Of a DNA stretch of 64,000 nt, positions 54,161 to 63,679 are shown in pieces; the first letter of the stretch is position 1, and every line of letters starts with the position of its first letter. The notes beneath the pieces were generated by a model that made no database searches, was not told the origin of the DNA, and was given only the letters and a program-made list of their open reading frames with translations. Made by a program: the position numbers and the translations under genes. Origin of the DNA: Candidatus Caenarcanales bacterium (GTDB lineage: Bacteria > Cyanobacteriota > Vampirovibrionia > Caenarcaniphilales > Caenarcanaceae); NCBI GenBank assembly GCA_030065015.1, contig JASJDU010000021.1, forward strand, positions 12,797 to 76,796, in the 5' to 3' direction.

Positions 54161-54925
54161 ATGGTCAATATAAATAATTTCAGCCACAGCTTCACTAATA
54201 ATGGTGATGTTAATCAAAACCAAACTGCAAGTCAAAACATTAACCAAAATCAAGCGATAATAAACAACTTTGATGCTGGAAATGCTGCATCAAAGCTACT
54301 AGACAGAATGAGGCAAGGAGACTCATTTGTTACGAATGTAGGGCAGAGCAATAACAACTCTGGCAGTGTTAATGTTGGTTCTGGTCAGGGGATGTTAGGT
54401 TTTCAAGGAATCAACCAGAATCAAATTATGTTTGGGCCAACTGGTGGTTCAACGGTAATAGTTCAAGGTAATACTGAACCACCACCTCCAATATTTATTC
54501 CTGTTCCAGATGAACACATTCCACCGGAGCCAATAGTTGAGCCTGAGCCGGCACCTGTTCCCGTAAACCCGGGACCAAAACCTGAACCGCCACCTGAAAA
54601 GCATCCAGATTTTAAGACTGACACGTTTCCTTGTGTAATTACTGATAAGCATGGAAACACTGTGTATCCAGCTCATTATGCTATGCACGATGTAAGAATG
54701 TTAACGGTTGAGAAAGATGGTGAAACTCATTACTTTAAAGCCGATGATTATTTCAACAGCAAGCAATATTCAAATTATTTTTATGGAGAAGGTAAAGGAA
54801 TGACTCTGGCTGAAAGTTTTGAAGCGGGCCACATAAAACCACTACCAACAAGTGACAGTGGACAACCAATAATTGCCGGTAATCCAGAACCAGCAAAAGA
54901 AGGTGTTCATTATAGTTATGGTTAG
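54161..54925 (+). CDS. Hypothetical N/Q/G-rich protein with a proline-rich spacer
   Basis: N/Q/G low-complexity N-terminal 100 aa, a spacer of about 45 aa rich in (E/K)P (PPPPIFIPVPDEHIPPEPIVEPEPAPVPVNPGPKPEPPPEK), and a globular C-terminus of about 100 aa. No TM segment. Confidence 0.5.
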   Translation: MVNINNFSHSFTNNGDVNQNQTASQNINQNQAIINNFDAGNAASKLLDRMRQGDSFVTNVGQSNNNSGSVNVGSGQGMLGFQGINQNQIMFGPTGGSTVIVQGNTEPPPPIFIPVPDEHIPPEPIVEPEPAPVPVNPGPKPEPPPEKHPDFKTDTFPCVITDKHGNTVYPAHYAMHDVRMLTVEKDGETHYFKADDYFNSKQYSNYFYGEGKGMTLAESFEAGHIKPLPTSDSGQPIIAGNPEPAKEGVHYSYG

Positions 54926-54984
54926 ATAAGTTCCTTAAGTCTCTTAAGAGACAGATTCACGTTGAAATCTCGATTGCTTAGTTA

Positions 54985-56103
54985 TCAATTCTCATTTGCA
55001 GTTAACACCACTAAATCGTCGCAGTGAATGGCACTATTACCGTATGAGTATCCGAGTACTTGCTGTATTTCATCGGAAAGGTGACCTGCGATTTTATTCA
55101 AATCTTCCGATCTGTACTTGGTGATACCAATAGCAACAACGTGAGCCTGACTATTCTCTTCAAATGCAATTTCTAAAGCGGCTCCTCTACCAAAGTGGCC
55201 TTTTACTTTTTTTATTCCAACCGGAAGAAGACTTCCACCTTTTTGAATAGCGTGAAGTGCACCTTCATCGACATACACCTTACCTTTCGCGTGGGCTCCA
55301 AAAGCAATCCATGCTTTTCTCGCATCTTCTGGATTGTTACGAGGCAGGAAAGTGGTTCCATAGCTTTTACCGTTTAGAATATCTCTAATCAAGCGGATAT
55401 TTTTACCGGACAATATGTGAACGGTTGTACCGAAAGAAGTTGCCATTTTTGCAGCTTGTATTTTTGATGCCATACCGCCGGTACCCCATTGAGTTCCACT
55501 GATACCTGCCTTTGCTTGCAGATCAAAATCAATTTCTTCAACAATTTCAATGAGTTTTGCGTTGGGATTTTTTCTCGGATCTTCGGTAAAGAGACCTTCA
55601 ATATCGGTTACTATGAACAAATGTTCGGCTGCAATCAGCTCAGAAACCAAAGCGGACAAGCAATCATTGTCACTAAATTTAATTTCATCATCTGCAACTG
55701 CGTCATTTTCGTTAATAATTGGAATGACATCAAGCTTTAGAAGTTCTCTAATAGTTAAACGAGCATTTAAATATCTTTCTTTATCTTGTAAACCTCTTCT
55801 AGTCAGTAAAACTTGTCCAATTGTTTGATTGTATTTTTGAAAAAACTCTTGATAAACATTAGTTAATAAATTTTGACCAACCGAAGCCGCCGCTTGAATT
55901 GAAGTTACTGTCTTAGGTCTTTCGGAGAAGCCTAGTTGTTTACAACCTAAGCCAACCGCGCCGGAACTAACTAATACGACTTGGTGACCTCTACTTTTCA
56001 AATCAGCAATGAGATCAACTGTACTTTCGACTAGGGGTGCACTGATACCATTCGGATCGCTTCCGGTGATTGAACTGGTGCCTATTTTTAATACTAATTT
56101 CAT
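54985..56103 (-). CDS. proB: Glutamate 5-kinase with C-terminal PUA domain
   Basis: KIGTSSIT, VVLVSSGAVGLG, NENDAV and GTGGMASK, followed by a C-terminal PUA-like segment (VYVDEGA...GGSLLPVGI). Confidence 0.95.
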   Translation of the reverse strand: MKLVLKIGTSSITGSDPNGISAPLVESTVDLIADLKSRGHQVVLVSSGAVGLGCKQLGFSERPKTVTSIQAAASVGQNLLTNVYQEFFQKYNQTIGQVLLTRRGLQDKERYLNARLTIRELLKLDVIPIINENDAVADDEIKFSDNDCLSALVSELIAAEHLFIVTDIEGLFTEDPRKNPNAKLIEIVEEIDFDLQAKAGISGTQWGTGGMASKIQAAKMATSFGTTVHILSGKNIRLIRDILNGKSYGTTFLPRNNPEDARKAWIAFGAHAKGKVYVDEGALHAIQKGGSLLPVGIKKVKGHFGRGAALEIAFEENSQAHVVAIGITKYRSEDLNKIAGHLSDEIQQVLGYSYGNSAIHCDDLVVLTANEN

Positions 56104-56245
56104 TACACTTTAAAGCATATGCCAGAATGATATCTCTAAAGGAGTTAAGAACACGATAAACCTTTCATTAAAATTATCTTTTTTCTAAAGATGTAAATTC
56201 TAATCCTTGGTTTATAATCTACCTACATTCTTATAGTTTATTCTC

Positions 56246-57055
56246 ATGCCAGAGTCTCAGAATAGCGTTTTATTAACATACTTTATTGAATTTTTTGTGC
56301 AAGATTGGTTTGCCTCAATACCAATCGCTTTCTGTGGAATAGTTACACTAGCAGTGGCAATAGACAGAGCAATTTATTATTCACGTAATCAAAGAGATTT
56401 AGGTAGTTTTATTAGAAGCATTCAACATGACTTAGAACAAGGAAATATTGAAGGAGCGATCAGTCTAGCTAAACAAGTTGGTGGTTTGATCGGTTTGATG
56501 ACCGAAGAAGGTCTTCGTCTAATGAAAAATCACGCAAAGAATTTCTCCAGCGCATTTGATATTTCATGTAGTTTGTATATTCGTGACTTGGAAAAGAGGT
56601 TGCCCGCCTTAGCCACAATTGGTGCAACAGCTCCTTTCCTCGGATTATTCGGAACAGTTGTTGGGGTTATCTTTACGCTCAAAGTTTTAGGTGAGCAAGG
56701 TGGTCAAAGTCAAACCGTCGTAATTGGTGTTGCTAAAGCTCTCATTGCAACTGGTTTTGGTCTAATTGTTGCAATTGTCGCGGTTATTCTAAATAATTGG
56801 TTTAACAGTACTGTTCGCAGTTTTGAGAATGACTTTCAAGTAATTAAACTAACTATCCTAGATTATATAAACTCTCAAACTGTTACTACTTATGGTTCTA
56901 ACGGTTCTCAACCATTACCCTTGGAAGATAATCCTGATAATGCACGGTTTTATGCTGCAGCACCTCAAAATCCTAATGTAAAACAGTCCAACTTAAGAAC
57001 GCAAAGAGTTGGGCCACAAGATCCTCAACAAAATTCTCCAGGTAATTATTATTAA
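56246..57055 (+). CDS. MotA/TolQ/ExbB-family proton channel
   Basis: Three TM helices with the signature LATIGATAPFLGLFGTVVGVI and ALIATGFGLIVAI. It also has a Q/P/N-rich C-terminal extension. Confidence 0.85.
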   Translation: MPESQNSVLLTYFIEFFVQDWFASIPIAFCGIVTLAVAIDRAIYYSRNQRDLGSFIRSIQHDLEQGNIEGAISLAKQVGGLIGLMTEEGLRLMKNHAKNFSSAFDISCSLYIRDLEKRLPALATIGATAPFLGLFGTVVGVIFTLKVLGEQGGQSQTVVIGVAKALIATGFGLIVAIVAVILNNWFNSTVRSFENDFQVIKLTILDYINSQTVTTYGSNGSQPLPLEDNPDNARFYAAAPQNPNVKQSNLRTQRVGPQDPQQNSPGNYY

Positions 57056-57065
57056 GGAGTAAGCA

Positions 57066-57560
57066 ATGTCTATTTCAGGTGGTGGAAGAGGAAGACAGAA
57101 CTTTAATGAAATTAATATTACACCTTTAACGGATGTGTTTTTGGTTCTGTTAGTAATTATGTTTTTGATTGCTCCTTTGTTGGATAATCAGGCTGCGTTG
57201 AAAGTAGATCCTCCAGCCGCCGAAAGCGCTAAAAGCGCAGATGCTTCTAAAATCAAATCAATAATGATTGAGGTAGCAAAAAATGGTGAAATTGCTGTTA
57301 ACGGAGAAGTAGTTGCAGAAAAAGAACTTCCAGTAGAAAAGGTACAAGCAAATGTGTTTGAAAGACTTGAAAAAGAAGCTAAGGCTATAACAGGTGAATT
57401 GCCTGAAGGAGAAGAAGTACCCGCTAAAGATAAGCCTTTAGTAAAACTTAAAGCAGACAACCAAGTGGATTATGGAAGAGTAGTGGCTGTTCTAGATGCT
57501 GTTAACAAGGCTCAATTAGGAAAATTGAGTTTGGTAACAACAATTCCCGTGAAAAATTAA
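57066..57560 (+). CDS. ExbD/TolR-family protein
   Basis: INITPLTDVFLVLLVIMFLI TM segment with the conserved Asp, and a periplasmic domain ending in ..VDYGRVVAVLDAV. It starts 10 nt after the ExbB-like gene. Confidence 0.8.
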   Translation: MSISGGGRGRQNFNEINITPLTDVFLVLLVIMFLIAPLLDNQAALKVDPPAAESAKSADASKIKSIMIEVAKNGEIAVNGEVVAEKELPVEKVQANVFERLEKEAKAITGELPEGEEVPAKDKPLVKLKADNQVDYGRVVAVLDAVNKAQLGKLSLVTTIPVKN

Positions 57561-57562
57561 AC

Positions 57563-60460
57563 TTAAAGTCCTAAGTTTAATGAAGCTTGAATGGATTCTC
57601 GAATTTTATTTGTATTGTCTGTGCCATTGCTCCATGAATCCAAGACTAAGTAGCGAATAATTGTTTGTGCAGGTAATGAAGTGAGGCGATGTAACTTATT
57701 TAATTCGATAACTTGTTGCAAGTATGAAGAGTTTTCTTGAGTCGATATTATATCTTTAATAGCGGCAGAGGCTTTTCTTGCACAATCAATTTGTTTCGAA
57801 CAAAATTTCCCATACTTCTCATTTGCGGCTAGATATTCAGTTGTATCTAAGTCAAACTTTGAATAATAAATTGCCAAAGATGAGATTGCAGATTTCCAAA
57901 ATTGAGAACGTTGATATAGACCTTTGATCTGTCCCTTGTATTTTGAGAGAATTTCACCTGTCGAATATGCTCCAATACTTAAGTTCATTAGGTAGTTTAC
58001 AGCGTGAAAGGAAATTGCCCTTAATTTATCAAGTGACACTAATCGATCTGTTCTTCCTGCAGGGCGGCTCCACTGGTTAAGACCTTTATAAGCTTTATAT
58101 AAGCTTTGTGCCATTTCCAAATATAAGGGATCTTTTAAAACTTCTTTGTACATTTGCTCGGATTCTTGAAGGATCTGAACAGTAAGATCTCTGTCTTCTG
58201 GAGACATTTCTACATTCTCCGGATATAAAGAATTGTTAAGAATAGCAGCTAATTCTCTTCCCAGCGTTGACTTGCAGACTTCTGGATCGCCCATGAATCT
58301 GAAGACTTCTCCACCTTGTCTGGTAAATCTTTTTATCGAACCAGGATCTAAGCAGGCTATCCAAAAAGGCAGTGTATATCCTCCTCCCCTTTCGGGACTA
58401 CCTCCAGTTCCATGGAAACTAACTTGCACCTCTTCCGGATGTATATTATTAATATCTCTTTCCGCCGAGAAAATGTTCCAAGGTCCGGAAAGCTGTCCAC
58501 CATCTTTTCTCGCATCCGAGTGCCCGAACATGTCTATTTCCCCCCAAAAGCCACGTTCTTGTTGAACTCTCTTCTCATGTTCTAGATACATTGGGATCTT
58601 AGATAAGCTTTCTTTTACTTTACTTCCATTTTTCAGATCCTCCGTTGACTCTCTGAGCTGAACAATTGGTATATCACACCAATCCATTTCTCCATTCGAA
58701 CACAAATTAAGTAAAGTTAAAGCCGTTAAAGAGTCAATCTCACTTGCAGCATTACTTATAACTAAGCTACCTATGACTTGAGAACCATACTTCATACTTA
58801 AATCTTTCATCTTTTTTAATGTCGAAAGCACCCTGTGAACTCTCTTATCAAGATCCTTTTGTGAATCACTCAATAAAGTCAAAATAGACTCAATATCAAT
58901 CGACTGTTTTTTTTCGTGATAGCTCTTAGACAGTATTTCTTGTTTTTCCTCTGGTGAAAGATATTGAAAAGGGGTTTCGCATAATTGAAGCTGTTCACAT
59001 AAATACCCCATTGCAAACTCTAAATCTTTTCTATTTTGTCTGTTATCAATAGATGCACAATGAGAACCAAAGACATCTAATGCAATATTTAACTCTTCTA
59101 GTTTTCTTAAAGCAAGTAATTCAGACTCCGTAATAATTCCATTGTCCGAATAACTTTGAAACCCTTGATTTAATAATTCATAAAGTTTATAGAAGCCGAT
59201 ATCTTCGGGAAGCGTCTGAATAGTGGTAAGAGAGTTTTCATTTACCGATTGAATTCTTTTATTTAATTGATCTGTTACAAACTTGGATAAATTTAAGTTT
59301 CTTTTTAATTCTTCTAAATCATTTTTTGAGATGTAACCGTGTTCAGCCCCAAACATTCTGTCTTTTGCATATTCTAACTTCTCATACACTCCAAGACCAG
59401 ATAGTCTCTCTCCAACATGTCCAATTCTTTCAAAGTAAAAATCATTTATTATTTGATGCAATTCAGCGGCAAATTGTGATCCATGTTCAGGGGTAATATA
59501 TGGATGACCATCCATATCCCACCAAACACTAAATTTATATGGTTGAATATTCCCTGGCTTGAGACCCCTCCTTTGAGCTTCTATGCGTAAGTCAAATACT
59601 TGTTCGGGTATTGTTGGAATAATGACTTTTTGCATTCTGTCAATAACCCTCTGCAATTCATGCTCTGGTTTCGTCTTCTCTGGGTTTTGCATTGAGGTTC
59701 TTGCTAGTAAGGTTAATTCATCTTGAACCCTTTTTGAAGAACTACTGCACCCTTCTCTTAAAGCTTGAGAAATTGCTAAACACTTAGAAGAAATAACGGT
59801 TCTTATCAATTCAGTCGGATGAATAGTAATCACCATCCAATATTTCAGATCTTCAAGTTTTTGTTGAAGATTTGGATGTCTACTATCCAAAATATTTAAT
59901 ATTGGAGTGAGGTGTTCTCCCCAAATAGAATTTTGCTCTCTTGTATGAGAAGCATTTATAACAGCCTGAAGAATAACTTGCTCTCTTTCAGCCCATTTAA
60001 TGGCCTGGGTTATTCTTTTATCAAAATCGCAAGGGAAGAGCTCTTTGAATCTGCTCATTATTTCTAAAGGGTTGTATTTGCCAGAACTCACAGCCTCTGC
60101 TGTTATTTCTCTCAAAGTTTTATAGGACTCTTCATAACTGCCAATTTCTGGTAGCTTTAAATATTTAAATTCTTCGGTCAATCGACTGAAAGGTTCTACA
60201 ATTGAATTATAAAAGTCAGGTGTCCAGTTATTCCTCCTTAAGTGGGTACTAGTAGCACGGTGAACTTTTATACTGTTTAAGTAACTCTTTTGTGAGATAG
60301 TAATCTTATTGAGTTGTAGAAGGTGTAATCCATCTACAACTTTTCCAGAAGAGGAATAAGGCGGGCCTATTCTCTGTGACTTTTTACTTGATAGAGCTTT
60401 TTTATTTAAGTAAGTATTCTGAAATTGAGTGTTTTGAAGACTGAAAAGCTGAACTTTCAT
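57563..60460 (-). CDS. ppc: Phosphoenolpyruvate carboxylase (divergent)
   Basis: ITIHPTE (canonical TAHPTE), GHSDARKDGG (GYSDS.KD.G) and FHGTGGSPERGGG (FHGRGG..GRGGGP). 965 aa. The C-terminus ends ..SLNLGL rather than the canonical ..NTG. Confidence 0.82.
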   Translation of the reverse strand: MKVQLFSLQNTQFQNTYLNKKALSSKKSQRIGPPYSSSGKVVDGLHLLQLNKITISQKSYLNSIKVHRATSTHLRRNNWTPDFYNSIVEPFSRLTEEFKYLKLPEIGSYEESYKTLREITAEAVSSGKYNPLEIMSRFKELFPCDFDKRITQAIKWAEREQVILQAVINASHTREQNSIWGEHLTPILNILDSRHPNLQQKLEDLKYWMVITIHPTELIRTVISSKCLAISQALREGCSSSSKRVQDELTLLARTSMQNPEKTKPEHELQRVIDRMQKVIIPTIPEQVFDLRIEAQRRGLKPGNIQPYKFSVWWDMDGHPYITPEHGSQFAAELHQIINDFYFERIGHVGERLSGLGVYEKLEYAKDRMFGAEHGYISKNDLEELKRNLNLSKFVTDQLNKRIQSVNENSLTTIQTLPEDIGFYKLYELLNQGFQSYSDNGIITESELLALRKLEELNIALDVFGSHCASIDNRQNRKDLEFAMGYLCEQLQLCETPFQYLSPEEKQEILSKSYHEKKQSIDIESILTLLSDSQKDLDKRVHRVLSTLKKMKDLSMKYGSQVIGSLVISNAASEIDSLTALTLLNLCSNGEMDWCDIPIVQLRESTEDLKNGSKVKESLSKIPMYLEHEKRVQQERGFWGEIDMFGHSDARKDGGQLSGPWNIFSAERDINNIHPEEVQVSFHGTGGSPERGGGYTLPFWIACLDPGSIKRFTRQGGEVFRFMGDPEVCKSTLGRELAAILNNSLYPENVEMSPEDRDLTVQILQESEQMYKEVLKDPLYLEMAQSLYKAYKGLNQWSRPAGRTDRLVSLDKLRAISFHAVNYLMNLSIGAYSTGEILSKYKGQIKGLYQRSQFWKSAISSLAIYYSKFDLDTTEYLAANEKYGKFCSKQIDCARKASAAIKDIISTQENSSYLQQVIELNKLHRLTSLPAQTIIRYLVLDSWSNGTDNTNKIRESIQASLNLGL

Positions 60461-60586
60461 CGGTATAAATTAAAACAAACGAAGATAAAATCTTAGAAAA
60501 GATTTAAAAGCTCGACAATCAACTAAAGGACTCAAAAAGCTTAAGAAAAAATAAACTTGCTTCAAGATGGTGAGATCTTATGATGC

Positions 60587-60916
60587 TTAAACTTGTATAG
60601 TTTCAAGCTGTCTAATCCCATTAACAACTTGGTTTATAACCCGAATGGTCATATTCAGTTGCTGTTCAGCATTCAACATAGACATCATAAGCTCAGTTGA
60701 ATCATATTCTTTCTTTCCAGAGAACATGTCCTTAGCCATTTGGTTTGGAGTCTGAATTTGATCTGAAACCTGTTGAAGCATATTGGAGAAGGTTCCAGCG
60801 AGAGATTGATTGCTAACCTGTCCCGGATGAGATGGAAGGTTGCCTGGAGAAGGAACTGAAGGCAACTTGGGAGTACTGGGAAATTGAGGGAAGGAAGGGA
60901 AGCTGGGCGAATCCAT
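60587..60916 (-). CDS. fliE: FliE-like protein (flagellar/T3SS basal-body rod adaptor family) with a Pro/Ser-rich N-terminus
   Basis: The C-terminal 70 aa align by eye with FliE: F..L......I......A...F.G.......LM.SM..A...L.M.I.V.N..V.......QV, ending in the FliE-typical ..QV terminus. Confidence 0.55.
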   Translation of the reverse strand: MDSPSFPSFPQFPSTPKLPSVPSPGNLPSHPGQVSNQSLAGTFSNMLQQVSDQIQTPNQMAKDMFSGKKEYDSTELMMSMLNAEQQLNMTIRVINQVVNGIRQLETIQV

Positions 60917-61003
60917 CGTTTTATTAGGGGTATCTCAATAAACTTCTCTTATTTTTTTACCCAAGTTCCGGTTAAGTAAACTAGCCTTCCTGAACTAGTT
61001 TGC

Positions 61004-61942
61004 CTAAGACGCTGCTTTGCTCAGTCTTTCGTTTATTGCTTTTCCAATGCCTAAATCCTCTGGTCTTTCGCAATAGATGAATTCAATACTTTCTCGATCA
61101 CAATCTCTAAAAAAAGAAAATAGATTTTCAGCATATTCATCAAGATCTTTACAAATTAGCTTTTTAAAAATTTTAGAAGTCTCAAGATCTCTAAGACCTA
61201 TGAAGGCAGAAGTTTCATATGAAACTTCAGGAAGATGTGAATTTTCAGAAACAATGTAGACTTTTGCCTTTGGAGAGTAATGACGATATTTCATTCCTGG
61301 GCTTTTCGGCTGATTAGTTCTTCCAGTAGTCTTCCTCAAACCAACCAGTTGTTCAATTCTCTCAAAAGGTATTGCTCCTGAACGTAATAGACTAAAGGGT
61401 TCTGAAGTGCAATCAATAACGGTCGACTCAAGGCCATGAACTGTTTTACCTTCCAGAATGCAGGGTATTTTCCCTTCAAAATCCTCCAGAACGTGTTGAT
61501 ATTTGGTTGAACTTGGTTTCCCGGATATATTTGCAGAAGGGGCCGCAATTGGTACCTTGCACTGAGTAATCAGCTCTTGTGCAATTTTGTGCTTAGGAAA
61601 GCGGATGGCAACGGTTGAAAGGCCTGATGTTACAAAATTGCCGATGGAATTGTTTTTCTTGAAAATAAGAGTTAATGGACCAGGCCAAAAGTTGTCAATG
61701 AGTTTTTGTACATTTGGCTTTATTTCCTGTACAAGGCTATCCAAAGAAGATAAATTTGATATATGAACAATTAGAGGATTGTCTTTTGCTCTTCCTTTTG
61801 CCAAATAAATCTTTTCAATTGCATCTTCTCGATTGATTAAAGCTCCTAAACCGAAAACCGTTTCAGTCGGAAATGCAACTATTTCTCCGGAGATTAATAT
61901 CTCAGAAGCTTTATTAATAGACTTTGTAACTAAGGTGTGCAT
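61004..61942 (-). CDS. tsaC: L-threonylcarbamoyladenylate synthase, long (Sua5) form
   Basis: YrdC-domain motifs FPTETVFGLG, KGRAKDNPLIVHI and APSANISGKPS, followed by a C-terminal Sua5 domain (about 110 aa). Confidence 0.93.
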   Translation of the reverse strand: MHTLVTKSINKASEILISGEIVAFPTETVFGLGALINREDAIEKIYLAKGRAKDNPLIVHISNLSSLDSLVQEIKPNVQKLIDNFWPGPLTLIFKKNNSIGNFVTSGLSTVAIRFPKHKIAQELITQCKVPIAAPSANISGKPSSTKYQHVLEDFEGKIPCILEGKTVHGLESTVIDCTSEPFSLLRSGAIPFERIEQLVGLRKTTGRTNQPKSPGMKYRHYSPKAKVYIVSENSHLPEVSYETSAFIGLRDLETSKIFKKLICKDLDEYAENLFSFFRDCDRESIEFIYCERPEDLGIGKAINERLSKAAS

Positions 61943-62097
61943 TTATTGATAGATTAATTAAATAATTATGACAAAGCTCCAAGGGCTAAAGCTGTTAAAA
62001 TCGTATCGAAATCTCGATGGAGCTCATTTCTTTAAGAATGACCAGTCATATTGATTATCCAGCGTAGAATTTCATTACAAATATCTTTTTTCTTTGA

Positions 62098-63654
62098 ATG
62101 AGTAATTTTAAGCTTTCATCCAGAAATATTTTTACGTGGTCCGTAATCATAAGTTTCTTTGTATTAGTATTTTATTATCTGAATCTTGCTAAGTCTTTGA
62201 TAAATGTTCCTTTTGCGCTTAGCCCAATTGAAGGTAACAATATTTGGTCAATAATTACCTCACTATCCTTTGAAACAGACAATACGATAAAGAGCTTTAG
62301 TGAAAGCTTACTTTATATTGGCACTATCTCCAGCCTTCTCAATCTTAATGGATCATCAGCGGACTCAATGAATCTAACAAAGGGGCTTTTTCTTGGAAGA
62401 TTAATAAGCTTTTTGAGTTTATTTCTTATTTGTGTTTCTTTTGTACTCATTTTAAATAGAGAAAAAATTAAGCCAATAATTTCTATTGCAACTCTCATTA
62501 TTTTTCTTTCTATACCAATCGTTCAAACTTTTACCTACCAAGCTCGAGGAGAGCTAGTTGCAGTATTTTTTGGGCTCTTTGCAATATATAATTTTATGCC
62601 GTTTGTAAGAAATCTTAGTTGGATTAGAGGGATAATAGTTGGTTCTTTGCTTGCATTACCATTCATATTTTCACACAGTTTCGCATTCTTCAGCTTCGCT
62701 CTTTCTTGCATCGTAATCTTAATATCCGTTAAAAATAATCAAGGCTTAATTAGACTGGTTCTTCCTTTCTTTAGTCTGACGACAATATATCTATTTTCAA
62801 TCTATGGAATCCAGAATAGCCATTCATTTTCTTTATTCTGGAATGGTGATTTATTTGCAAGTAATTTTGAAGTTTTGTCTTCTTGGCCCCTTTTTGCAGC
62901 AATCGCACTAACAGGATTGATTTGGAAGAATTCACCAGATTTTAGAATTAACCCAGTACATCCATGCAATACTATTTTGGTTTTCAGCATTATTTTGAAT
63001 GTTGTTTTCATTGGTTCAAAAGTTAGTCATTCAGGAGGCTGGCTTGTTTCAATAATTTCTCTAATCTGGATGTTTGCGCTCATCCTCGATAGAGTCTGGG
63101 AAAGCAATCATAAAAAAGGAATTCAGCTTTTAACTTGCTTAATTATTTTTATAACTTTTTTAACTCCAATAATGGAACCTCTTCCCCGTAAGTTGTTATT
63201 GGAAAACCCTCAATTGTTAATAAAAACGAAGCAATGGCTACATTCTCATGAATCACCAGAAAATCAAAAGTCAAAAGAAGCCATAAATTTATCGCAAAAA
63301 ATACTCTCTCAGGACAACTCTCTGTCTCTATTGTTAAAAGCAAATCAAGCTCACGTCCTCAATCCCAATTCTCTATTTAGAAATGAAAAAATTTCAAAAA
63401 GATTTGCTTCCTTAATTAAGAACCAAGTCTTTTCGGAGATTGTTCTAGCAGAAAACTCTAGTCAAATATGGCCGGTCTCTGTCGTAAAAATAATTAATCG
63501 TTATTATGTTCCAACAAAAGAGATACTTGTTAACGGCAGTGATGGGTTGGTCTATGAGCCTAAAATTCTGGCACGAGACTCAAAAACTTCAAATCCAAAT
63601 AAAGCACATAAATTTTCATCAAGTACCTTTGCAACATTTACTCCTCTTCAATAA
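62098..63654 (+). CDS. Polytopic membrane protein (possibly a GT-C-type glycosyltransferase), unassigned
   Basis: About 11 hydrophobic helices over aa 10-370, then a soluble C-terminal domain of about 140 aa. This topology resembles the ArnT/PMT-like GT-C fold, but no diagnostic motif was identified. Confidence 0.45.
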   Translation: MSNFKLSSRNIFTWSVIISFFVLVFYYLNLAKSLINVPFALSPIEGNNIWSIITSLSFETDNTIKSFSESLLYIGTISSLLNLNGSSADSMNLTKGLFLGRLISFLSLFLICVSFVLILNREKIKPIISIATLIIFLSIPIVQTFTYQARGELVAVFFGLFAIYNFMPFVRNLSWIRGIIVGSLLALPFIFSHSFAFFSFALSCIVILISVKNNQGLIRLVLPFFSLTTIYLFSIYGIQNSHSFSLFWNGDLFASNFEVLSSWPLFAAIALTGLIWKNSPDFRINPVHPCNTILVFSIILNVVFIGSKVSHSGGWLVSIISLIWMFALILDRVWESNHKKGIQLLTCLIIFITFLTPIMEPLPRKLLLENPQLLIKTKQWLHSHESPENQKSKEAINLSQKILSQDNSLSLLLKANQAHVLNPNSLFRNEKISKRFASLIKNQVFSEIVLAENSSQIWPVSVVKIINRYYVPTKEILVNGSDGLVYEPKILARDSKTSNPNKAHKFSSSTFATFTPLQ

Positions 63655-63679
63655 TAGTATTAAGTTGAGCGTTTCTTCT

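Noticed and set aside
54449-54688. Antisense ORFs (79 and 65 aa) in the proline-rich region, and similar short antisense ORFs across the track (e.g. 57188-57460, 58233-58565, 55489-55828, 37027-37322)
   Set aside because: All lie fully inside longer ORFs with strong family motifs or are compositional mirrors of them. None has an SD/start context or a recognisable motif.
54161-54925. Missing TonB for the nearby exbB-exbD pair
   Set aside because: The proline-rich spacer is TonB-like, but there is no N-terminal TM anchor with the SHLS-type motif and no TonB_C-like C-terminus. proB also separates it from exbBD on the other strand.
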